Below are positions 1 to 10,875 of a stretch of DNA of 64,000 nt, piece by piece; the first letter of the stretch is position 1; the number at the start of each line of letters is the position of its first letter. Source of the stretch: Octopus vulgaris (taxonomy: Eukaryota); the NCBI GenBank assembly GCA_951406725.2, contig OX597817.1:35092001-35156000 (forward strand). Direction: 5' to 3'. The notes beneath the pieces are model-generated. The model was not told the origin of the DNA. It searched no databases and saw only the letters and a list, made by a program, of their open reading frames with translations. The position numbers were made by a program, and so were the translations under genes.

Positions 1-303
1 TGGGTTACGTGGACATAAACGCACCAATATCGGTTGTCAACCACAAACACAAAGCTATACACACACATACATGTATATATATATATATATAAATATATAA
101 TACAAAATAAGAAAATGGAGAAATACATCTAAATCATTTATCAACTACTAGATAATACCCAATCACATACTTTATTAAACCACTACATAAAAATATATAA
201 CAAAACAGCCTACATGAATGAGTAATACAATACAATAAGTATAATCATTATAAGAGGATATAAATAAATAAATATAAATAGATATAAATATAAATATACA
301 CTA

Positions 304-465
304 TATCTTACAGCTATATCTTACAGCTGTATCTTACAGCTGTATCTTACAGCTGTTTCGGCCATGCAGATAAATATGCCTCATTTTACTTATATTTGCC
401 ATGTATAGTATGTCAATATGAAGTTAAAAATGAGACATTTACAAATATATCTTAAGGCCTCTTCG

Positions 466-472
<7 letters not shown>
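304..472 (-). mobile_element. Penelope-like remnant with degenerate hammerhead and a 13-bp tandem repeat
   Basis: Minus strand reads CCGAAGA GGCC-(92 nt)-GGCC GAAAC AGCT GTA. TATCTTACAGCT(A/G) occurs 4 times at 304-355. Abuts (TA)n. Confidence 0.45.
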
Positions 473-510
<38 letters not shown>

Positions 511-511
<1 letters not shown>

Positions 512-625
512 TAGCGTAGCTAGGGGGGAGGTAGGGTCGGTACTTTTGGATCTGCTGAAGGCAATATGTGTTTTTTTGTGGGGCCCGTGGGCCGCCCCGG
601 GCGACACACACTCTAGCTACGCTAG
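511..625. mobile_element. Small MITE
   Basis: 13-bp terminal inverted repeats CTAGCGTAGCTAG / CTAGCTACGCTAG around a GC-rich interior. Confidence 0.65.
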
Positions 626-809
626 AATATGCGCGCGCGTGTGTGTGTTAAATAAAATGAGACAACAAAGCCAGAGACGATATGAGGGAGTTATTTTGGA
701 AAGGGAGAGATATGGGAAGTATAAAGGGAAATAAGAGAATAATAATAAAAAAAATTCTGTTGGATGTTACGGTCCTTCCGTAGCACTTACAGAGCCTTAC
801 CTGCCATTT

Positions 810-990
810 TGGGTCTTCTGAATACCAAAACTTCTCATTATATACACAGGACGGGCGTCTTTCAGTTTCCGTGTACAACAAATCCACAACGCTATAGTAG
901 AGGATACTTTACCAAGGTACCACGCAGTAGAACTGAACCCGGACCTATGTAGTTGGATAGCAAGTTTTTTTACACACAGCCACTTCTGCA
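810..990 (-). mobile_element. tRNA-derived CORE-type SINE (family A), degenerate
   Basis: Reverse complement of the family A head (CTTTCAGTTTCCG...CCAAGGTACCACGCAG...ACACAGCCAC). Confidence 0.75.
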
Positions 991-1184
991 TAAATACTCT
1001 TTTATAAATAGAATAATTCCAATATGGAAAAATCTACCACAAGATCTGGTAATGACAAATGATTAGATTATAATTTAAGCGTTTTCTGTAAGAATTTAAA
1101 TAATGTAAATCTTCTGAATTTTCTCAAAGCTAAGGATTACTAAATCAAATGTTGGACTTTCTTTTCTTTTTTTTTATGTATGTA

Positions 1185-1698
1185 CTAGCAGTATCACCCG
1201 GCGTTGCTCGGGTTTGTAAGGGAAATAACTATATAAGCATTTTTAGAGAGTTACTTCCCTTATAGATGCCAATTCGGGCTTTCTTAGCCATTTCTGTTTT
1301 GGTGTCTTCAAGTCATGAAGTCGTTGTTCTAAAAGAACGCTGGTCTCCTTGACAACGTTTTACGACGTTGATTTCCTTACACTCCCTTCCCCACAGCTTC
1401 ACGAGGGAGGGAAGAAGGGGGAGAAGCAAACAGGTGCAGGTGTGACCATGGACGCCAACTCCGCCGCCATCGACACACGAAAAATTATGCATTAAAATGG
1501 AATAAAAAAATGATGTTAAATTATTTTTAAAATCGTAGACTCATCGTAGACGCGCGCTAATACTCAGACGGGCTCGATATGAATCACGACTATAAGATAC
1601 CCGAATTTGGTTAAACTGCACCCCAAAATGTGGGAGGAGTTAGGAATCTAAATCGAAGGGGACAGACACTCACACAACTACAGTTTTATATATATAGA
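1185..1698 (-). mobile_element. Non-autonomous Helitron
   Basis: On the minus strand: 5' TC, subterminal hairpin CCCGAGCAACGCCGGG, 3' CTAG, inserted between A and T. The same ends recur at 15816. Confidence 0.8.
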
Positions 1699-2384
1699 TA
1701 TCTCATTATCTATGGTTAATCGTTGAGCTAGCAGGATCATCAAAGCATCGGAAAAGTGTCATCTGGTATTTCTCCCAGCTTTTTACATAATGAATTCATA
1801 CGTTAACTTCGATTTCATCTTCTCGGGTTCGATAAAATAAACTGCCAGTTAAGCGCTATCTACTAGCTCTTTCTTTCAAGTTTTAGACTTTGTACTTAAG
1901 CTAGAAACTATTATGGTAAATTTATACGTAATATAGAACGTTTTTCTTTAGAAATTTAAAAATTTTTTTAAATGATTTCATCGAAAAATATTTCATATCG
2001 TTCGGATTTCTTGAAATATTTTTCATGTATTGCATAAAATTTCTGGCTTTATATAAAAATTTTGTCAAACAAGAACCACAACAACAACAACAATTTAGGA
2101 ATTGTATACTTTATTTTTAGTTGATATTCGTTGAGGTTAAGGAGAATCTCATAAGGTTACCATCAGATTTTGCTTCATGTCTCTTTGGATTTTATGCCCC
2201 AAATCTCTTTTGTATGCATTTTTTAAAAATAGAAATTTCAAAAAACAAATTTTTTTAAATAGAAATATATGAATATAAATTCTTATTCTTTCATATCTTT
2301 TGATATGATATCTAATGTCTGCATAAAATAAAAGTCATTACAATCACCGTTACCACCACCTTCATTGTTTATTATTTTTCTTCT

Positions 2385-3307
2385 TTAACGACAACCACAT
2401 TCTTCCGCAACAACATCAGCATGTTGTCGAAGTACAATTTCCTCTGGTTCCAAATACAGTAGGCTAATGGGCTTCAGTTTTGTTGGTACACAACAGGGCA
2501 AAAGAGTCACGTCTGGTTGTTTTAATTTCATCAAACTGCGTAACATAGCGTGATTAGTGGGATTAAGATCCATTGTTATAGGCGAAGGACAGTTACCAGA
2601 ACACAGATGAGCATTGAAACGTTTTGGAAAGACAATCCACTCTCCCCATCCAATAACATTGAAGTCAATGTAATAATCATATAAACCACATGGAAGATCT
2701 TTATTTAGTACGTCCTGTTTTACTTTTTTCTTCCTTTTCCGTTTTTGTCGTCTGCGCTTTGATTTCGACTGCGACGAATGTCTGCGTTGTCGTTGCCTAC
2801 TCACTTGTTGCGATTCGGCAGTAAAACGTTGGTAGATGTCTTGGAAAAAATGACTATTTCCCGAATAAAGGACCAAAAGACCTTCTCCTGGCCTTACATT
2901 GTGCTTCTGCTGTGCCATACTTATATCATCATCAGTATCACGTAAATCATCTTTTTCACCTCGAAGTCGTTCCCTAACCACAATACTAATATTACCGTGC
3001 TTTGAGTTTATCCAAAAATTTACTGCTTTAGTTATATTGAATACTTCATAAACATTATCTCTCACTGGTCTATATCGTTGAGTGCTCTTATGTAGTCTTA
3101 CTCCATTTTGTTTCACCACTACAGTCCAATGTCTGTATCGATGGTTTGGCCGGCAAGATGAACGAGGCAAAGCAGACGTTGTCGTAGCAGACGGGTAAAA
3201 AACTCGAAACTCAACCGTATTGGTTTGTTCATGTATTGGTAACTTTGGTATATCAAACACATAGATTAGCTTCGGACATCCATGTTTATTGTACTTCAAT
3301 CGAGGAA
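2385..3307 (-). CDS. nodal: Nodal, coding exon 2: rest of prodomain, furin site and mature cystine-knot domain
   Basis: Acceptor TCTCTTTTCACAG|TT, phase 1 (G+TT=Val), in frame with exon 1. RQRR furin site. Seven-cysteine domain CGLYDYYIDFNVIGWGEWIVFPKRFNAHLCSGNCP...PTNHA...CCVPTKLKPISLLY...LRQHADVVAEECGCR*. PKRFNA, PTNHA and the C-terminal H-x-D fit Nodal better than BMP2/4 or BMP5-8. Spliced protein is 421 aa. Confidence 0.9.
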
Positions 3308-3491
3308 CTGTGAAAAGAGAGAGACGAAGTTTTAGTTAGGAATTTAAAACTATTGTAATAAATACATCAATTGACAAGGTATTACTACAAGTAGATACTA
3401 TATATAAAGGATTCCTTACAATTCTCAAAATTAAATCAAAAAATTATATTTATATCTACCTGTCTGTCTCCACTTCTATATATAACGTGTT

Positions 3492-3545
<54 letters not shown>

Positions 3546-3744
3546 TGCGCGCGCGTATAATGTATGTGTGTGTACGTGCGCGCGCGTATAATGTATGTGT
3601 GTGTACGGTTCACACTGGATATATGTACACGAACTCATGTTCAACAGTTAAAATGATAGGTTAGTCTCAATTGTTAAGATGCAGTATTCCATGTGATAAA
3701 CAATGAATAATATTTTGTTTTTGTGTCTAAAACAATTTATGAAT

Positions 3745-4140
3745 ATTGGTTTCAAATTTTGGCACAAGGCCAGCAATTTCGGGGCAGGTGAAAAGTCTAT
3801 TAGATCAACTCCAGTGCTCAACTGGTACTTATTTTACCGACCAAGAAAGGTTGAAAGGTAAAGTCGACATCGGCAGAATTTGAACTGACATAGCGGTAGA
3901 CGAAATACCTATTTCTTTACTACCCACAAGGGGCTAAACACAGAGAGGACAAACAAGGACAGACAAATGAATTAAGTCGATTATATCGACCTCAGTGCGT
4001 AACTGGTACTTAATTTATCGACCCCGAAAGGATGAAAGGCAAAGTCGACCTCGGCGGAATTTGAACTCAGAACGTAGTGGCGATCGAAATACCACAAAGC
4101 ATTTCGCCCGGCGTCCTAACGTTTCTGTCAGCTCGTCGTC
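3745..4140 (-). mobile_element. SINE family B (Nin/Deu-domain-like), dimeric, in the Nodal intron
   Basis: Two copies of the ACTGGTACTTA...GAAAGGATGAAAGGCAAAGTCGAC block. Confidence 0.85.
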
Positions 4141-4459
4141 TTACTTCCATAGATACTATTGTCTGAGACAGACAATAGTATCTATCCAAGCTACCACAAA
4201 AATGTTGGCGAAATCTCTCCTCTTCATTAACGAGAAGACGAATTGGAGTTTGCATCTCTATGATTTTTCTTTCATCGCCATGGTACAGGATAAATTTGAA
4301 AAAGTTTTAAAACTATTTTAATTTTGTTAAATTTGGCAATTTGACTGACCTGTTTTCAATATTCATTAGTCACCGTTACCTATGAGAAACATCGTATTTG
4401 CCAACGATATATCTAACAAAAGTGACAACTCATTCATGCATGTGTGCATATGTGTACGC

Positions 4460-4502
4460 TTCTGTCTGTCTGTCTGCCTGTCTGTCTGCCTGTCTGTCTG
4501 CC

Positions 4503-4533
<31 letters not shown>

Positions 4534-4624
4534 ATGTATGTATGTATGTATGTATGTATGTGTGTGTGTGTATGTATGTATGTATGTATGTATGTATGTA
4601 TGTATGTATGTATGTATGTATGTA

Positions 4625-4655
<31 letters not shown>

Positions 4656-4692
4656 ATGTATGTATGTATGTATGTATGTATGTATGTATGTG
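4460..4692. repeat. (TGTC)n/(TATG)n compound microsatellite
   Basis: Directly visible. Confidence 0.95.
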
Positions 4693-4928
4693 AAGGCGGC
4701 GAACTGGCAGAAACGTTAGCACGCCGGGCAAAATGCGTATCCGTATTTCACCTGCCGTTATGTTCTGAGTTCAAATTCCGCCGGGGTCGACTTTGCCTTT
4801 CATCCTTTCGGGGTCGATTAAATAAGTACCAATTACGCACTGGAGTTGATATAATCGACTTAATATCCGTTTGTCTGTCCTTGTTTGTCCCTCTCTGTGT
4901 TTAGCCCCTTGTGGGTAGTAAAGAAATA
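4693..4928 (+). mobile_element. SINE family B, full-length monomer
   Basis: AGGCGGCGAACTGGCAGAAACGTTAGC head, GCCTTTCATCCTTTCGGGGTCGATTAAATAAGTACC core, GTGGGTAGTAAAGAAA tail. Confidence 0.85.
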
Positions 4929-5317
4929 TGTATGTATGTATGTATGTGAGAGTGAGAAACCCCTAGTCTCTGTTTAGATATCTCTCAAGAAGGTAAAATC
5001 TGATGTAACACTTGAGATTTCGTTTGCATCCAATGATGTAGACTAGTTCTTCTGTCTGTGCAAATGCATACATTATTTAGAGAGTCAGTTAAGCCTTTCT
5101 TCATTTTAAAAAGCCTCAGACATAGGCTTCGCATGATTTTTAACATTTCTATTGTGTATTGCAAATTATGGCTATCCGTAGCTGAAAAATGCAAAGCACT
5201 CCATGAAAAATTCCATAATGGAATTAAAGCATATATCAGCGTGATTGGTAAGTTCTCTGAACATCGTAGCTGAATAACCAAGCGAGGGCATTGCTTAAAA
5301 TCGATTTGCAACCATAA

Positions 5318-5400
5318 TGCATGCATCCATGTATGTATGTATGTATGTATGTATGTATGTATGTATGTATGTATGTATGTATGTATGTATGTATGTATGT

Positions 5401-5463
<63 letters not shown>

Positions 5464-6045
5464 TGTGTGTGTGTGTGTATGTATTTATTTATTTATGTGT
5501 GTGCGTATATATGTGTGTATGTATGTACGTACATATGTATGTATTATATATGTATGTGTTATGTATGTATGTATGTATGTATGCATGCATGTATGTGTGT
5601 GCGTATATATGAGTATATGTAGGTACGTATGTATGTACGTATTATATATGTACGTATATATGTATTATGTATTATGAATGTATGTATTATGTATGTATGT
5701 ATGTATGTATGTGAGTGCGTATACATGTGTGTATGTACGTATGTACGTACGTATGTATGTGTGTGTGTGTGTGTGCATATATATGAGTGTATGTACGTAC
5801 GTACGTATGTATGTATGCATGCATGCATGCATGCATGCATGTATGTATGTATGTATGTATGTATGTATGTATGTATGTATGTATGTATGTATGTATGTAT
5901 GTATGCATGCATGCATGTAGGTATCTATGTATGTATTATGAATGAATGTATTATGTATGTGTGTATGTATGTATGTATGTATGTATGTATGTATGTATGT
6001 ATGTATGTATGTATGTATGAATGTATTATGTATGTATGTATTATG
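5318..6045. repeat. (TATG)n/(TG)n compound microsatellite
   Basis: Directly visible. Confidence 0.95.
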
Positions 6046-7118
6046 ATATTTCCCACAAATTCAGCATTTGTATACACGAAAATATATCTCCCTGCGATCA
6101 AATTTTAGGAAAGAAACCCTTTTGTGATTGGATATTTAGAAATAACACTGTAATCGTTGAATTTCGTGTTTAGACGTGGATTTAAGCAGTTAGGATGTAG
6201 CGTAGAAAGGTATAAGTATTGTGAAATTTACCTTTTATACAGAAAACCACAACGAAAAGACCCCCATAAAATGAAAGATTAGATTTGTGAAGTTTAAATT
6301 AACAAGTGTAGTGTCTACAACTGAAATAGTGAACAGAATTTAAAAAATAAAGAAACGTTTGACTGAAATATGTCATTGGCACAAAATCTAAGAGACAGCG
6401 AGACTGTGAGGGAACGTCTATGCGATCGCTCAACCAGCTAAAAATAGTAGTCACTTCTCTCTCTAGTTACACCCTACTGACTTTCAAAAAATTACGAAAC
6501 ATTTAATATGGCGGATTCTTCGTCGGTCTCAACGAACAGCATTTAGGTTTTTTAGTGTAGTCTTAATGCAATTCTCAGGTTGAATCAGCGTGTCATAACG
6601 TGACCAGGTTGTACCTTTGAATTATAGGTGAAATCAAGGAGAAACAGAGAAAGAGAAAATCCACCTGGGCAGGGGACTTGCATTTTATTCATCGACCCCT
6701 AAAACCTGAAGGAGCAAAGATGACCATGGCAAGATCTGGAATTAAGGTACAGAGAGCCATGTACACTGCAAGGGATTCTATCCGACGCTCTCACGTATAC
6801 GTATAGTCATATACATGCTGTGGTTGAAATAACGATAAGATAGTCACGACTGAAACGGCTTTGATCACGTCTGCTTGATCAGAAGTGACCCGAGGCCAAA
6901 CGAGATTTTCTCACGGTCATAACCGATCCCACTCGTTATAGAGAAATATTAAAAAATGTCAATTTATCAGATAAACTATCGAGCCAATTCCACAATTCGT
7001 TTTATATATTCCTAAATATATAAGCCTCACAACATCACACTCCTCTGTAACTAATCTAGACTTATATTAAAGAAATACCCTAATATTTTTAGTGATAGAG
7101 ATGTAGCTGATTGCTTAC

Positions 7119-7461
7119 CTTTGGCTGAATAGCTTCGCACTGTATCAGATGGACGAATCTTCGATTTTCTGAGTTGTCCAGAACTATTCTGAAGGCTTTC
7201 TTCTCTTCTTAAATCTTTGAATAAATCAATCATGAATTTTTTTGATGGAGTCCACAGTATATTCCGGTCTTTGTAGTGTCCATTACGCTGGAGTTGATAA
7301 AGAATCGCGTCTACATTTAAATGGTCGGTATTGGATAGTGTGGTTATATTCTTTAAACTTTTTATCATTCGGTGGTTTACTGCCGCCACTGGCGAAGCAG
7401 ACGACAAAGTGGACCAAAGCGCTAATAATATCAATTGAAACAGAATTAATGAACAGCACAT
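7119..7461 (-). CDS. nodal: Nodal (TGF-beta family ligand), coding exon 1: signal peptide and N-terminal prodomain
   Basis: ATG at 7461, then a hydrophobic signal peptide MCCSLILFQLILLALWSTLSSA. Prodomain motifs PSKKFMIDLF and DTVRSY. Donor AAAG|GTAAGC at 7119/7118, phase 1. Confidence 0.9.
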
Positions 7462-7929
7462 TTTCAACAAAGACGCTATAAATTCTGAGAATTCAACCAG
7501 AATATTGAGTAACTGAAAGATTCGTAATCGTTGCTAACAGTATAACTTGCAATTGAATAGTACAAAAATTAATTGTCAGTGGTATTGACAGAAATGTCTT
7601 TTATCAAGAAATAATAGCTTTGTAGCAACTCAAAAGTTCTTGAAGGGAATGCAGATCTATTATATGAATCTTCTTTCTTTTTGATTATTTTCAATACATC
7701 GAATCTATTGACTTGAGAATCAAATCAGAGGTAATAAAGAAGAAAATAAAATTATGTTACTGAAAAGTGGGATCTCTCTTAAGAAAAGTTGTCGTTTCTT
7801 AGAATTTGAAGAATGATTATGATCGTTTTTAAGACTTGTAAATCCAGGTTACGATAGGGTTAGGGTTAAGAAGTGAAACCTGCGCAGGACGTTGTTCTTC
7901 TATAAAAGAAAGGGAGCCAGCACCTTCTG

Positions 7930-7990
7930 AATATATATACATCTAGGTGTGTATGTGTGTGCGCAAGTGTGTGTATGCGTGAATATATAT

Positions 7991-8048
<58 letters not shown>

Positions 8049-8185
8049 GTGTATATATATATATACACGTATATATATACATATGTATACATATGTATAT
8101 ATATATATGTGTATATGTGTATATATATGTATATATATATATGTATATGTATGTATATATATATATGTATATATAAATATGTATG

Positions 8186-8224
<39 letters not shown>

Positions 8225-8265
8225 CTATGTCTGTGTGTGTGTTTATGTCTGTGTCTGTATGTCTA
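7930..8265. repeat. (TA)n/(TG)n microsatellite upstream of Nodal
   Basis: Directly visible. Confidence 0.95.
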
Positions 8266-8705
8266 TACAATGAAGTTTGCGTCTGTTTGATATCTGAGTT
8301 GAGAATGTTATCTTAAGAGAATCTTACAATGTTTGATCATTCCTTAATTGTCAGCATACTCTTCAATCCAGACGGAGTAAGTACCATCAGAAAAGGGATT
8401 AGCAGGAAGAAAGATAACGCTCAGATCAGGATTTCTTTGTGAAGGCATGGAAAACTGTGAAATTGTAAATAGTAAATAATGTGATTTCGGAAGCTCATGC
8501 TGTGCGGAACGGACATCGCTAAGGTTTTGCTAATGACGTCATTTACTTCATTTTTTTTCTGCAAATGGCTGGACCCGGGTTGGCTTGTGGTAGAAGTGGG
8601 TAATTGCTACTCATTATTTTGTCTGTGCATGTGTATGTATACGTATAAGTGTATATGTATATGCATACATAGACACATGTGCATACATACATATACATGC
8701 ATACA

Positions 8706-8736
<31 letters not shown>

Positions 8737-8747
8737 TTAACGAATGT

Positions 8748-8944
8748 CAAGAGAACAGAAATCTCGTTATCAACTTCATTAGCTTACATCTGTTTCTGCT
8801 ACTAGAAGCAGTGCATTAAAACTAATTTTAATGGCTTCATCGAAGCTATCGGATGTGGCACAAAAACTCAGCTCTGAGAGCACTGCTTCTTATAGCAGAA
8901 ACAACTGTAAGTTAAGGAGCTAAAACGGGATTTCTGTTTCCTTG
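8748..8944. repeat. Inverted repeat (~65 bp arms) with degenerate hammerhead-like motifs on both strands
   Basis: Arms 8748-8814 and 8880-8944 are imperfect reverse complements. The minus strand at 8848-8780 reads TAGCT TCGATGA A...GAAAC AGAT GTA AGCTA. Confidence 0.7.
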
Positions 8945-8954
8945 TTATTATTTT

Positions 8955-9898
8955 ATACTCTAGGCACAAGGCCCGAAATTTTTGGGGAGGAGACCAGTCG
9001 ATTAGATCGACCCCAGTCGCAACTGGTACTTATTTTATCAACCTCGAAAGGACGAAAGGTAAAGTTGACCTCGGCAGAATTTGAATTCAGAACGTAAAGA
9101 CAGACGAAATACCTACTTCTTTACTACCCACAAGGGGCTAAACACAGAGAGGACAAACAAGGACAGACAAACGGATTAAGTCGATTACATCGAGCCCAGT
9201 GCGTAACTGGTACTTAATTTATCAACCCTGAAAGGATGAAAGGCAAAGCCGACATCGGCGGAATTTGAACTCAGAACGTAAAGACAAACGAAATACCTAT
9301 TTCTTTACTACCCACAAGGGGCTAAACACAGAGGAGATACACAAGGACAGACAAACGGATTAAGTCGATTATATCGAGCCCAGTGCGTAACTGGTACTTA
9401 TTTAATCGACCCCGAAAGGATGAAAGGCAAAGTCGACCTCGGCGGAATTTGAACTCAGAACGTAAAGACAGACGAAATACCTACTTCTTTACTACCCACA
9501 AGGGGCTAAACACAGAGAGGACAAACAAGGACAGACAAACGGATTAAGTCGATTACATCGACCCCAGTGCGTAACTGGTACTTAATTTATCGACCCTGAA
9601 AGGATAAAAGGCAAAGTCGACCTCGGCGGAATTTGAACTCAGAACGTAAAGACAAACGAAATACCTATTTCTTTACTACCCACAAGGGGCTAAACACAGA
9701 GGAGATACACAAGGACAGACAAACGGATTAAGTCGATTATATCGAGCCCAGTGCGTAACTGGTACTTATTTAATCGACCCCGAAAGGATGAAAGGCAAAG
9801 TCGACCTCGGCGGAATTTGAACTCAGAACGTAGCGGCAAACGAAATGCTCCTAAGCATTTCGCCCGGTGTGCTAACGATTCTGCCAGCTCGCAGCCTT
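8955..9898 (-). repeat. SINE family B with four internal 184-bp tandem units (ABAB)
   Basis: CAGAACGTA recurs at 9088, 9272, 9456, 9640 and 9824. There is a single SINE head at ~9825-9898. Confidence 0.92.
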
Positions 9899-9939
9899 CT
9901 GTTTCTTTGTTATTCATTAATTAATATTACACTCTGTAC

Positions 9940-10120
9940 TAAGGCAGCGAATCGTTAGCACACTGGGTCAAATGCATTGCGGTACGTTCTGAGTTCAAAT
10001 TCCGCTGAGTTTCATCCTTTCCGGGGTGGATAAAATAAGTACCAGTTGAATATTGGTTTGATGTAATCGACTTAAGCCCTACCCTGAAATTGCTGGCCTT
10101 TTGCTAAAACTTGAAACCAA
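9940..10120 (+). mobile_element. SINE family B, degenerate
   Basis: GTTCTGAGTTCAAATTCCGC and GATAAAATAAGTACCAG motifs. Confidence 0.75.
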
Positions 10121-10258
10121 CATTACACTTTGTACTCGCCTATCGCTTTAATCTAAAGCAGTGGTTCACAACTGGGCGCAATATGACCCTTTGGGGGTCC
10201 ATACAAGATTTTGTTGTTAAAATTTATGCGCAATAAATTGTTTATACTCCTACATATA

Positions 10259-10575
10259 GGGGCAGGCTGTGTGGTAAGAAGTTTATTTCCCAACCACATG
10301 GTTCCAGGTTCAGTTCCACAGCGCGGCACCTTGGGCAAGTGCCTTTTACTATAGTCTCGGGCCGACCAAAGCTTTGTGAGTGGATTTGGTGCATGGAAAC
10401 TGAAAGAAGCTCGTTGCATATAAACATATGTATATATTTATGTATGTGTCTTTGTGTCCATGTTTGTACCAGATTTACAAAGAATAAATCCGGGGTCGAT
10501 TTCTTTCGACAGAAAAGGCAGTGCTCCAGAATGGCCGCAGTCAAATAACTGAAATAAGTAAAAGAATAAAAGAAA
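10259..10575 (+). mobile_element. SINE family A inserted in a hAT-like MITE that starts at 10159
   Basis: GGCTGTGTGGTAAG...GGCACCTTGGGCAAGTG...GGAAACTGAAAGAAGC. The upstream CAGTGGTTCACAAC end follows ATCTAAAG. Confidence 0.8.
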
Positions 10576-10875
10576 GAATGTACGAAATATTTTAATTTTT
10601 TCATATACGATTCCTGATAATAGTTAATTATATAAATACATTAAGATTATCTTTTAAATATAGCTTTGGAGGTACAGTGGAATAAAATAGGGGCCGTCGG
10701 TCAATCGGGCACTGCTCGAGGGTCCGGTGCTCTGAGGGGCCCGCACTCTACATATTAACTCTACTAAAACACACATTCAAAGGGGCCCGCTAAACAGTTA
10801 TGCCCGAGGGCCCTCAATACTCTCAGTTCGCTCCTGGTTGCGAGTGTAAGTGGGCGAGGTGCGTATTCTAATTAA

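Noticed and set aside
881-888. FoxH1 site AATCCACA as a Nodal autoregulatory enhancer
   Set aside because: It is a single site inside a SINE copy. No paired sites were seen in the intron.
4366-6108. Many ORFs of [12 protein letters not shown] type here and throughout the window
   Set aside because: They are translations of stop-free microsatellites, with no splice or domain support.
7051-7118. ORF extension of Nodal exon 1 (GKQSATS...) and the TTG starts at 7470 and 3299
   Set aside because: This is read-through into the intron past a strong GTAAGC donor. The TTG starts are artefacts of the ORF caller.
9088-9823. Tandem array as a CRISPR array or a hammerhead retrozyme
   Set aside because: There are no unique spacers and the context is eukaryotic. 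I found no CUGANGA core in the 184-bp unit on either strand.
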